Positions 41,793 through 51,290 of a stretch of 64,000 bases of DNA are shown piece after piece. The DNA lies in assembly GCA_020353515.1 (NCBI GenBank), contig CP070695.1, positions 537,173-601,172 of the forward strand, written 5' to 3'. The stretch is from Candidatus Heimdallarchaeota archaeon. GTDB taxonomy: Archaea > Asgardarchaeota > Heimdallarchaeia > Hodarchaeales > Hodarchaeaceae. The position numbers and the translations under genes are program-made. Positions within the stretch are counted from its first letter, which is position 1; each line of letters starts with the position of its first letter. A model generated the notes under the pieces. That model had not been told where the DNA came from and did not search any database. It worked only from the letters and a program-made list of their open reading frames with translations.

Positions 41793-42539
41793 ATGAGAAC
41801 CTCACAATCTGAAATATTGTCAACAAAAAAGGAAAAAATGAGAAAACTACCAAAACAGATTTCTGGGTCTGAACTTAAAAAGATAATTTTCGCTCATTGG
41901 CAAAAAATACCAGTCATAAAAGAAATACCAGGGCCAATGCCAGAAGAATTAGTTCTTCAACTAGTTAGATCAGCAATTCTTGATATATTACGTAATGGGA
42001 TTGAAGAGTACGACGAAAGAAATGATCTTACTAGAATCAGACATGTTTTTTCAGTTAAAGAATTGCATAAATTAATTAAAGAGAGAATTTCTAAAAAGAT
42101 TAAACTTTCTAACGTGTATTTTCATCTAAATCAATTGAAAGATCATGATTTTGTCCAAATTATTACTAGTATCAAAGAAGGACGACAAATTACCCATTAT
42201 TATGGAAGAACGGCAAAGCTATTTCTGTGGATGGGAAAAGAACAAAAGAGAGAGACTGAGTTTAGCCATTTTATGGCCTTGATACAGTATTTTAATCCTG
42301 ATATTACCTCTGAAACTGTTAAAGAACTTTTTATGTCCCTTTTACAAACTAAACTTGAAAATCATAACCGAGCGAAAATATGGTTGGAAAAGAACGTAGA
42401 TGTATTGACAGAACTTAATGTGGATACACGAGATTTTTATAACTTTCTTAAATCAATAGATAGCTGCAATCCTAGATCAATAGAGGTATATAACAAAATC
42501 AATGAATTGCTAAACTTTCCTGCTGACTCCAATGTTTGA
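41793..42539 (+). CDS. ArsR-like winged-helix transcriptional regulator
   Basis: RSAILDIL..FSVKEL..LSNVYFHLNQL..HYYGRTAKLF. Confidence 0.75.
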   Translation: MRTSQSEILSTKKEKMRKLPKQISGSELKKIIFAHWQKIPVIKEIPGPMPEELVLQLVRSAILDILRNGIEEYDERNDLTRIRHVFSVKELHKLIKERISKKIKLSNVYFHLNQLKDHDFVQIITSIKEGRQITHYYGRTAKLFLWMGKEQKRETEFSHFMALIQYFNPDITSETVKELFMSLLQTKLENHNRAKIWLEKNVDVLTELNVDTRDFYNFLKSIDSCNPRSIEVYNKINELLNFPADSNV

Positions 42540-42695
42540 AAATAATTCCTATAAAAAAGATATTGAAAAGAAAACCTCATAGGAATACTTTTACCATATT
42601 CAAGTGGTCATCACAATTTTTAGAGTTGAATATGTCATAGTAATTATAAACAGTAGCCTTTTTTATTTTCGTGATTTTTATTCGTTTCAGCCGAT

Positions 42696-44510
42696 GTGGT
42701 ACTTATGCTGACTATACCAAATGAAGAAGTTCTCAGGAGCTTGGTTCAGAAAATAGAAGATGAATATGACCTTATACGCCTATTAAATCGTTATAAAAGT
42801 CAATCAGAGCTGATTAAGCTTGCTTCTAACCAGGGATTAACACAAATTGATGATGCTATTCGGGCATTATTTGTTGCTGATTTCATTGTCACAGCTTCTG
42901 AATTACCTTCAGGTGGAACAGATGAGGAACGATACCAATCAATTATTCAGTCATTCATCCAAGGTCAATCTCGCTGCACATCATCCGATTTGTTAATGAG
43001 GATTTATTATTTAGCATACAAATCAGCTACAGCGATTCGACGTCAGGATTTATTTCAAGCAGGTCGTGGATTACCTCGTAAAGCTGCTTTGACTCGTATT
43101 AAAGATAGCTATGTTACCCCTTACTTAACTATTTCAACAGAAGTTTTAGGAAAAGGATTTTGCGGATGGGAACTAGGAGTATTAGCAGCTGCATTGAAAA
43201 GGATGTATCCAAACAGTGAAATTAAGCAACTTGAGGGTACTCCTGAGTATACTGATCATAAAACACTAACAGATGTTATTTGGCGTCTATTAATAGCTTA
43301 TAGCCAAGTCCAAGCTGTTGATACAAATCCTAATCCCGTTATACCAAATATAAAAGAAAGTCAGTCCCTTTTATTGTTTGATGCCCAGAGAATTGGGTTA
43401 ACTTCCTTATGGAACACCACTCCTTCAAATTTCCTGAAGTTAAAAGTCGATTTACCCTCTCTGGCTAAATTTACTAGCCAACTTATCGATAATAAACATT
43501 TAGTACTAGTTAAGGGAAAGATATTAGAAACAACAGAGGGCTTCTTTATGATTCGTTCCCCCTTTACAGCTTCTAAACCTGTACTAATTCTTAAGACTAC
43601 AGCGGATGAAATTAATTTCACAAGAGTCCTAACCATTCTCCATTTGCGAGGCCTTGAACATCATGGGTGGACAAAGGTTCTAAGGACTGATGAACCAATA
43701 GTAGAAATAAAAAAGATTGAATCTCCGCCTGAAACACCAGTTCTAGATGAAGATAAAGATGAAAAGATAACAGAACCTCCTCGGAAAAAAGAAGGATTCT
43801 TTACTAAAATCAAACACAAATTTTTTAGTAAAAAAGCAGAACCAGAGCCAGAAATAGAAAAGAAACCAGTTCCCAAGCAATTAAAACCTAAATTATCTAT
43901 AAAAGTAAAAGAAGAGAAAAAACAGGAACAACTACCTCCTTTCATGACTCAGAGCTCGTTTATTGCTCAAGGAATCACAGTTGATGCTGTAAGTGACTTA
44001 GATCTTTTTGAAATCTTTGATACTATGAGAGAGGAGAGCTATTATATCGTAGGGACATTTGAAACTGATTTTAATAAAACAAAAACAGATTTTGTGACAA
44101 AGCCAAATTCTATTCCTCCAAGTACAATTGTAACGTTTTTAAATGCCCTAGAACAGGAAATATCGAAAGTTAACGCTAATTGCTTTAATAATAACCAAGT
44201 TTTAGTAGAGGAACTATTTTTCATGGCAAACGATGGACAGAAGATGATTATATGCTTAGATGGAAATCAGGAACGGGTTGTTGGCACGATAGCAACCACA
44301 TTTTTTGAAAAAATAGTCGATTGGCAAGCAAGAGAAACAGAAGCTGAACCTCTACAACGTAGATCTTTACACATGCGAACGGCCCAATTATTAGCAGCTA
44401 GACGCCATACACCCTTTCGAGAAGCTGTAGGACGAATTTATGGAGCAAATCTCATCATAGAAAAAGCTAACTTTAGTACCCTTGATCAACCAATTTTTTC
44501 TTTGAGATAA
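42696..44510 (+). CDS. Large hypothetical cytoplasmic protein with P/E/K-rich linker and possible Roadblock-like domains
   Basis: 604-aa ORF, no TM; low-complexity linker ~aa 330-415. Confidence 0.75.
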   Translation: MVLMLTIPNEEVLRSLVQKIEDEYDLIRLLNRYKSQSELIKLASNQGLTQIDDAIRALFVADFIVTASELPSGGTDEERYQSIIQSFIQGQSRCTSSDLLMRIYYLAYKSATAIRRQDLFQAGRGLPRKAALTRIKDSYVTPYLTISTEVLGKGFCGWELGVLAAALKRMYPNSEIKQLEGTPEYTDHKTLTDVIWRLLIAYSQVQAVDTNPNPVIPNIKESQSLLLFDAQRIGLTSLWNTTPSNFLKLKVDLPSLAKFTSQLIDNKHLVLVKGKILETTEGFFMIRSPFTASKPVLILKTTADEINFTRVLTILHLRGLEHHGWTKVLRTDEPIVEIKKIESPPETPVLDEDKDEKITEPPRKKEGFFTKIKHKFFSKKAEPEPEIEKKPVPKQLKPKLSIKVKEEKKQEQLPPFMTQSSFIAQGITVDAVSDLDLFEIFDTMREESYYIVGTFETDFNKTKTDFVTKPNSIPPSTIVTFLNALEQEISKVNANCFNNNQVLVEELFFMANDGQKMIICLDGNQERVVGTIATTFFEKIVDWQARETEAEPLQRRSLHMRTAQLLAARRHTPFREAVGRIYGANLIIEKANFSTLDQPIFSLR

Positions 44511-44537
44511 TTTATCTCTTGGTAGAATTCATAGTGA

Positions 44538-46022
44538 TTAGGATGAGTCATCCGAAATTCCAGCAAGATACTTCGCGATTTTCTTCCGTTCATCAATATC
44601 ATATTGTTTAAGGATAGCAATATCCTCCATTGCTGGACTTCCACCACCATGGACTCCAGCGACAGCTACCACTCCTCCAAGTGAGGAACAGAGAGCATCA
44701 GATATTGTCCTGAACAGCTTATATACGTTCTCTGCTGGAACATCAGCTTTTCTCTTAATATATTTTTGTAGGAAAGGCCCAATCTTCTCGTCAAAAAAGT
44801 CCTTCTCATAAGGAAGAGTAGCAGGTAAACCTCCTGCTAAATCAGCTAAAAGTTCAGCCTCATGATAAAAATTTAATCCAGCGTGTTTTCGACCGACATT
44901 ACAAAACACTGGATCGGGAATCATTGTCCCAGATTCATCTTTTGTAGCCTTATGGGCTGCTGCTATGCCTGCTGCATTGACTAGTTCAGCATTACTGATC
45001 ATACTAGCTAGTTTAGATTGTACATGCTTTTTGTCTTCAACTCCGTTATACTCACTTACTAGAGCTGCAAAACCCATTTTGATATCCGTGGAGGCAGCTT
45101 TGCATCCAGTATAACTATGACGGTGATAGAGTGCAAACAAAAGAGCTAACCACCCACCAAACTGGTGTTCTCCTTCATACCCCCCTAAGAAGACTCTTTC
45201 ATTAGGGATAAAGGTATCATCAAAAATGATGAAATTTTCAACATCTCCGTGTTCTGCATAAGGACAGGGGGTGTAATCACGTTTCCTCACGTTTTCAACT
45301 CTAGTTACTAAATACACTTTGTCCCAATCGGCTGGTATTGCGAAAGCTACTGCATACTCATCTTCTTCTGGAGTTAAAAACCGAGTAGGAGTGACAATAA
45401 TCTCTTCAGCAACAGCTGCAACTGTAATATGGTTCTTTGCACCACGTACCACAATTCCATCATCACGATGTTCAATAACACGGAGATAGAGATCAGGATC
45501 AGCTTGTTGATGGGGTCGTAAAGAACGATCGCCTTTTACGTCAGTCTGAGCACAACATCCTACAACATTGTTTTTCTGGAAGTTTTTTAGATATTTTTGC
45601 CATCTTTCATTATAAGGCCGTCCTGTCATCGCCTCAGCCCGATGTGTCACAATTGATAAGCCATTCATCGCATCTATACCCATACAACGTAGTATACATC
45701 CCCCTGCGTAACGACAAATTCGCCGTGTTAGCTCCTGCTTTTTCAGAAGATCATCAACGGTTTGATGAATGTGTGTAAATCTATTTATTCGTCCGATTCC
45801 ATCAATGTGAGATTCTACACTTAATAAATCCTTAAATTCGGGATCATCAATTTTATCAAACGTAAGTGAAATGATATTAATAGCTCCATCAAGCCTTTCA
45901 TCATCCCTTCCAATTTTTTCCCCATTAATGTAGATATTTGGTTTCATTTGCTTCAAGGTTTCACGATAATCCTGGGAGGTTCTTTTATGAGTTTTCTCAT
46001 TTAATTCTTGTGGAGTTTCCAT
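44538..46022 (-). CDS. abfD: 4-hydroxybutyryl-CoA dehydratase/vinylacetyl-CoA isomerase (HpaB family)
   Basis: CILRC and HRHSYTGCK Fe-S ligands; QTDVKGDRS; VHGGGSP; likely start METPQ at 46022. Confidence 0.8.
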   Translation of the reverse strand: METPQELNEKTHKRTSQDYRETLKQMKPNIYINGEKIGRDDERLDGAINIISLTFDKIDDPEFKDLLSVESHIDGIGRINRFTHIHQTVDDLLKKQELTRRICRYAGGCILRCMGIDAMNGLSIVTHRAEAMTGRPYNERWQKYLKNFQKNNVVGCCAQTDVKGDRSLRPHQQADPDLYLRVIEHRDDGIVVRGAKNHITVAAVAEEIIVTPTRFLTPEEDEYAVAFAIPADWDKVYLVTRVENVRKRDYTPCPYAEHGDVENFIIFDDTFIPNERVFLGGYEGEHQFGGWLALLFALYHRHSYTGCKAASTDIKMGFAALVSEYNGVEDKKHVQSKLASMISNAELVNAAGIAAAHKATKDESGTMIPDPVFCNVGRKHAGLNFYHEAELLADLAGGLPATLPYEKDFFDEKIGPFLQKYIKRKADVPAENVYKLFRTISDALCSSLGGVVAVAGVHGGGSPAMEDIAILKQYDIDERKKIAKYLAGISDDSS

Positions 46023-46110
46023 CTTTACCAACTCTTCAATAATTCTATTTTGAATATTAGATAATTTCTTATAGCTACTTAAGTGGTGTTGCAATATTTG
46101 GTTTTTACTG

Positions 46111-46929
46111 GTGTTTAAGATGAACGATATAAACAATAATTCAAATAGTCAAGAATCTCAAGATACTGTTTTATTCAGCAAAACAGAACATATTGCAACA
46201 ATAACTATTAATCGCCCTAAAAAAATGAACGCGTTACGTATGAAGGAATTTGATCTCTTGATTAAATATATAGAGATCGCTGATGATGATCCTGAAGTAC
46301 ATGTAATTCGAATTAATTCTTCTGGGGATCGAGCGTTCACAGGAGGATTGGATTTAAACATGTTAACACAACTCAATCCAGAAGAAGTGCCTAAATTACT
46401 TCAATTTGGAAATAAAACCGTTTTGACAATGTTGCGTTCAAAAAAACCAATTGTTGTTCAAGTTCAAGGCCCAGCAGTGGCTTGGGGGACAATTTTATGC
46501 CTGGCTGCGGATTTTGTGATAGCTGGAGAGAATCCTAAAACTTTTTTCTCTCTCAATGAAATAGATCTTGGGATCGTTCCCGCAACTGGTGCGTTAACCC
46601 TAGCTTTGTTTAATTTTGGTTTAAGACAAGCTAAAAAAATTACCATGATCCCCGAGAGGATTTCAATCGATAAAGCTGAACAATTTGGGCTTGTTTCACA
46701 GCGTTGTGCCATCGATGATCTTGTACAAGTCACACTCGATTTCTGTCACAATCTGGTCGATAAAAATCAAGCAGTTCTCATACCAATTAAAGCTCTATTA
46801 AACAGATTTCTGTTATCAAATATAGCATACTATTTTGAGAAGGAAGCTGAAGCAGTTGGCCTTGCGCTTGAGGGAGATTTAATGAAATTTGAAGAATTCA
46901 TAGAGAAACTCTGGACTACAAACCTGTGA
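46111..46929 (+). CDS. Enoyl-CoA hydratase/isomerase (crotonase) family
   Basis: ITINRPKKMNAL, AFTGGLDL, KPIVVQVQG, EIDLGIVP. Confidence 0.9.
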   Translation: MFKMNDINNNSNSQESQDTVLFSKTEHIATITINRPKKMNALRMKEFDLLIKYIEIADDDPEVHVIRINSSGDRAFTGGLDLNMLTQLNPEEVPKLLQFGNKTVLTMLRSKKPIVVQVQGPAVAWGTILCLAADFVIAGENPKTFFSLNEIDLGIVPATGALTLALFNFGLRQAKKITMIPERISIDKAEQFGLVSQRCAIDDLVQVTLDFCHNLVDKNQAVLIPIKALLNRFLLSNIAYYFEKEAEAVGLALEGDLMKFEEFIEKLWTTNL

Positions 46930-46930
46930 C

Positions 46931-47557
46931 CTATAAGGGAACAGATTCACCATCTTTAGGAACAATACATCGACTATCAGGAAATTTCGATTGTAAGCGC
47001 TTACAAAACCCTCGAGGATTTCTCCAAACCCAATGCATCGTAATTATAGTAGGTAACGGTTGTTTAAAAGTTTCTAGTTCGTTTAAAGCTTTTTTAGGGG
47101 AAGCTGCAAATAATCCACTTATGGGAATAGCAAGATAGTCTATTTCTTCTTGAGAAAAGCCCAAAAAGTCTACTGAATCCCCTACATGACCGAAACTCTG
47201 ATTTGAGGTATGAACAATTACTCCAGTATTTTGAACTCCAGAGAATAACCCGTGACGTCCTTCTATAAATTTCAGATTCCATGTTCTTCGTTGAATTTTA
47301 TCACCAGGATTCACAAGAATTATCCGTTCCTCCCATTTCTTATTATAACCAGCCACTTGTTTGTTACAAATAAGAATGGCCTCTGGATTACGTTTTAAGA
47401 ATGGTTCCACTCCTCTTGTATGATCAAAATGGTTATGAGTCACAAATACAATATCCCCAGGAACATCCCCATGTTTTTTCTTACCAGGGTCAATGAGTAG
47501 AGTTGAAGAATTGTCTTGTAACATGAAACCCGCTTGACCTAGAAAAGTTATTTTCAT
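46931..47557 (-). CDS. Metallo-beta-lactamase fold hydrolase
   Basis: MKITFLGQAGF, IDP, THNHFDH, GD, MHW. Confidence 0.9.
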   Translation of the reverse strand: MKITFLGQAGFMLQDNSSTLLIDPGKKKHGDVPGDIVFVTHNHFDHTRGVEPFLKRNPEAILICNKQVAGYNKKWEERIILVNPGDKIQRRTWNLKFIEGRHGLFSGVQNTGVIVHTSNQSFGHVGDSVDFLGFSQEEIDYLAIPISGLFAASPKKALNELETFKQPLPTIITMHWVWRNPRGFCKRLQSKFPDSRCIVPKDGESVPL

Positions 47558-47568
47558 TTTTTTTTCCT

Positions 47569-48309
47569 CTATTTTTGGTATATCGTGTTAAAAAACTCAG
47601 GTATCGTTTCTTCTACAGGACCAAGAATCGTTTCAGTAGCAATGTTGGAAATAGGAGTATAATCAAGATTGAATTCATAAATAGTTACTTGCGAATTTTG
47701 TCTTTTTGCTAAAAATGGAAATTCGGCCGCTGGATAGACCACTCCTGACGTTCCAGCAACGATTAGCATGTCTGTTATAGATAATTGATCAATACAGTTT
47801 TGAATAATATTACTATCCAAACTTTCTCCAAACCATACAACATCTGGTCTGCAAATTGATTCACAAGCACTACATTTGGGGATGTCGTCAACAGTCTCGA
47901 GGAGTTCAACTGTCCAAATAAACTTTGTTCTGCAGCTGAAGCATCGTGCTAGACGTATCTCCCCATGTAAATGCGTGACATTTTGTGATCCTGCTCTTTC
48001 ATGAAGATCATCGACATTTTGTGTCAATATTGCAATGTCGAATCCCTTCAATTCAACCTCTGCTAACTTTACATGGGCAAGATTTGGATCTGCATTTAAA
48101 ATGATATTTAACCGCCATCGGTACCACTCCCAGACGAGTTTTGGATCTTTAGCAAAAGCATGGGGAGTAGCGAGTTCAGAAGGATCATAATTTTTCCAGA
48201 GTCCGTCTTTTCCACGAAAAATTGGAATACCAGAAGCTTGAGAGAATCCTGCTCCTGAAATCACGGTAATTCTCGAATTTTTATCAATCATGTAACAGTA
48301 ATTCTCCAA
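47569..48309 (-). CDS. cobB: NAD-dependent protein deacylase (sirtuin)
   Basis: GAGFSQASGIPIFRG, QNVDDLHERAG, HG, two CxxC, GTSGVVYPAA. Confidence 0.93.
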   Translation of the reverse strand: MENYCYMIDKNSRITVISGAGFSQASGIPIFRGKDGLWKNYDPSELATPHAFAKDPKLVWEWYRWRLNIILNADPNLAHVKLAEVELKGFDIAILTQNVDDLHERAGSQNVTHLHGEIRLARCFSCRTKFIWTVELLETVDDIPKCSACESICRPDVVWFGESLDSNIIQNCIDQLSITDMLIVAGTSGVVYPAAEFPFLAKRQNSQVTIYEFNLDYTPISNIATETILGPVEETIPEFFNTIYQK

Positions 48310-48329
48310 GGAGTATTACAAAAGCTGGA

Positions 48330-49031
48330 TTAAGCTGGGGTGCCCAACAAAACGATGGTGTATAATGCATCAGCAGCAGAGGAAACTGCATCTGATGCAT
48401 TTTCAAGGTTTTTCGCGGTATCAAGAAGAAGAAAGTGGATAGAATACCCAAAATCGTTTGAAAGCCCTAAAATTTCCTCTCTTGCACGAAAATGAACCTC
48501 ATCAGCTTCGCGTTCACGATCTTCAATGATTTGGCGATTATCGAGAATGGTTCGATCATCTCGTCCAAGAGCTGAACACATCTTTCGGAAAACACGAACT
48601 GATTCTATAGTTAGTTTATTTATTGCCTTAAAATAGTTTAATATTGGATCCTCAAATTGTGACATATCTACATCTAGTTTAGCAAGCATAACCATATTTT
48701 TACTTGCTGTTTTTGTCCAATTTGCCGTCCTATCAGATAATCGAACGAGATGATGCATTTTTTCCCGAATTTCAGGTGGAAGAACTCCCCTGGCGATTTC
48801 GTTTGCGAGATCATCCTGGATATGATCTGCAGATCGTTCGAGCATACTTACACGATTATATAGCTTTTCTACTCGAGCTAGCTCGGGTGAGGACATGTGT
48901 TTGATTAATTCCTCACAAGACGTCAAAGTATCTAAAATTTTCTCGTTATGTTCATCTAAACTTTCTAAAATTATCTGATTACGGCGTTGCCGGAACCAAT
49001 GGAGTAAACTACTTTCTTCATTTTCATTCAA
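48330..49031 (-). CDS. DUF47/PhoU-like phosphate transport regulator family
   Basis: LERSADH and REREADE repeated helical motifs; LENASD. Confidence 0.75.
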   Translation of the reverse strand: MNENEESSLLHWFRQRRNQIILESLDEHNEKILDTLTSCEELIKHMSSPELARVEKLYNRVSMLERSADHIQDDLANEIARGVLPPEIREKMHHLVRLSDRTANWTKTASKNMVMLAKLDVDMSQFEDPILNYFKAINKLTIESVRVFRKMCSALGRDDRTILDNRQIIEDREREADEVHFRAREEILGLSNDFGYSIHFLLLDTAKNLENASDAVSSAADALYTIVLLGTPA

Positions 49032-50118
49032 GTGCTAACACCTTCTTTAAACCAAATTCTGGAGCAGTGAATAAACGTGCGTCTTGGGGGTCAATTTGAA
49101 TGTAAGTTTTTTCTTTTTCTTTCAATTGAGTCTGGGAGTCGATAATTATCGTATCATCAGTTGCTAGTTCCACTTCATATCGAATATAACCTCCACTGAA
49201 TCTTTTTCGTGAAATAGTTCCGCTAAGAGTATTATCTTGTTCCTGAGAGCAAAAATCCATGGTTTCAGGACGGAATGCTAAAACAATACTCTCACCTCGA
49301 TGGAAATTTCCTTCTAAACCTTGGAGGTCAATGTATTGATGATTTCTAAACTCAATTCTATAAGATGTTTCAGTTAATTTCTTTTTGATCATTCCCTCTA
49401 TAAAATTGCTTTCCCCCACAAAATTCATTGAAAACAAAGTTTGTGGACGCTCATAAAGCTGTTGAGGAGTTCCAACCTCCACAATCTGTCCAGCTCGAAG
49501 AATGACCAACCGATCAGATATTGACATGGCTTCTTCCTGATCATGGGTTATATGGATAGCAGTTAATCCTAAATCTTTTACAAGCTTACGAAGTTCGTAC
49601 CTAAGGGATACTCTGACTTTATAATCCAATGCAGAGATTGGTTCATCTAAAATAAGTAGCTTTTCTTGATTGGCTAGAGCTCGTGCAACTGCAGTCTTCT
49701 GTATGGCTCCTCCACTTAATGAACGGGGACGTAACTGCTTTTGTTCAAGTAAATCTACTAATCGAAGCATTTCCTCACTTATTTTTTCTTGAGTCTGTTT
49801 AGGTACATTCCTTACAAAGGGTCCGTAAGCAGCATTCTGTTCAACTGTCATGTGAGGAAAGATTGCGATACTTTGAAAAACCATAGCAAAGTCTCTTCGT
49901 TCAATGGGAATATGTGCCACATTTTTTCCGTCAATCAAGATTGTTCCATGTGTTGGTTCAACGATTCCAGTGATACAGTTTATTAGCGTGGTCTTCCCGC
50001 ATCCTGATGGGCCTAAGATACTAATGTATTCGCCTTCTTTGATTTCTAAATCGATTTTTTCAAGTGCTTTAATACGTCCAAAATATTTTGAAATCCCTTT
50101 TAATTGTACATTTGGCAT
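49024..50118 (-). CDS. ABC importer ATP-binding subunit with TOBE domain
   Basis: GPSGCGKT, LSGG, LILDEP, THDQEEA. Confidence 0.93.
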   Translation of the reverse strand: MPNVQLKGISKYFGRIKALEKIDLEIKEGEYISILGPSGCGKTTLINCITGIVEPTHGTILIDGKNVAHIPIERRDFAMVFQSIAIFPHMTVEQNAAYGPFVRNVPKQTQEKISEEMLRLVDLLEQKQLRPRSLSGGAIQKTAVARALANQEKLLILDEPISALDYKVRVSLRYELRKLVKDLGLTAIHITHDQEEAMSISDRLVILRAGQIVEVGTPQQLYERPQTLFSMNFVGESNFIEGMIKKKLTETSYRIEFRNHQYIDLQGLEGNFHRGESIVLAFRPETMDFCSQEQDNTLSGTISRKRFSGGYIRYEVELATDDTIIIDSQTQLKEKEKTYIQIDPQDARLFTAPEFGLKKVLALE

Positions 50119-51279
50119 CTAAGTCATCTCCAGTTTTTTAACTTCTTCCCAAGGTTCAATAAAATAGGATATATTATCAATAGGGATTTCTAATCTAACA
50201 TTAGTCCCAACATCGTATTGATGTAGATCTGATGAAGGAATAATCACATGAAGTTCTTTCTTTGAGAGACCTTCAACCTTAATCGCTAGATTTGCCCATT
50301 TTCCTAAGAAAAAAGCCTGTTCAACTGTTCCTTCAAAGACATTTACTTTGGGATCGGGATTTATGTTTGCCCTTAGGGGGGTCACAAGGATTTTTTCTGC
50401 TTTAATTGCAAGTACAAGTTCTTCAGTTAAATACTTCTCTTCTTTATCAATGCTACGAATAATATCTTTTGGTTTAATAGTTATATTATGCTCTCCTGCC
50501 CGAACAACTTTCCCATTAGTTTCATTTCTTACTTTTGTGGCTGGTATTAAATTTGTTGTCCCAAAAAAGTACGCAGCGAATAATGTTGAAGGATAATTAT
50601 AGATTTCTTCAGGAATATCAAATTGTACAATTTTTCCCTCATTTATGATTAATACTCTATCAGCAACAGCTATAGCTTCTTCTTGATCGTGAGTTACATG
50701 AAAGGTTGTTTTTTCAAGATCTGTAACTAATTTTCGTATCTCTGTTCGCAATCGAATACGTAATCTTGCATCTAAAGCGCGTAATGGTTCATCTAGTAAA
50801 AAAACGTCTGCATCTGCTGCGATTGCACGTGCTAAAGCTACACGTTGCATCATCCCCCCACTTAGTTCATCAGGGTATGCATTGTACCTAGTCCTTAAAT
50901 TCACTAAATCGAGTATTTCATCTCCCAACGCTATTACTTCTTCCCATGGTTTATCTCCTTTCATCTTTGGAGAAAAGACCGTGTTCTCCCACACATCCAT
51001 ATATGGAAAAAGCGAATAATCTGATGTTTGAGGTAAATATGCAAAATTACGTTTTTCAGGTGGAATATTATTTAATAGTTCACCATTCTTGTAAATATTC
51101 CCTGAAGTTGGTTTAACTAAACCTGCGATCAATTTTAGTAATGTGGTTTTTCCTGCCCCCGTTGGTCCTAAAATCACCACATATTCGCCGCGTTCTATTT
51201 CTAAATTAAAATCTTGTATGGCGTAAAGCTTTCCGAAGCGTTTTTTCAAGTTTTGAATTTCAATATATGCTCTTACCAT
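50119..51279 (-). CDS. Second ABC importer ATP-binding subunit
   Basis: GPTGAGKT, LSGGMMQR, LLDEP, THDQEEA. Confidence 0.93.
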   Translation of the reverse strand: MVRAYIEIQNLKKRFGKLYAIQDFNLEIERGEYVVILGPTGAGKTTLLKLIAGLVKPTSGNIYKNGELLNNIPPEKRNFAYLPQTSDYSLFPYMDVWENTVFSPKMKGDKPWEEVIALGDEILDLVNLRTRYNAYPDELSGGMMQRVALARAIAADADVFLLDEPLRALDARLRIRLRTEIRKLVTDLEKTTFHVTHDQEEAIAVADRVLIINEGKIVQFDIPEEIYNYPSTLFAAYFFGTTNLIPATKVRNETNGKVVRAGEHNITIKPKDIIRSIDKEEKYLTEELVLAIKAEKILVTPLRANINPDPKVNVFEGTVEQAFFLGKWANLAIKVEGLSKKELHVIIPSSDLHQYDVGTNVRLEIPIDNISYFIEPWEEVKKLEMT

Positions 51280-51290
51280 ACAATTTTCTC

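Noticed and set aside
46023-46136. N-terminal extension of the abfD ORF to 46136
   Set aside because: It overlaps the divergent crotonase start and the promoter region; ATG 46022 is more plausible
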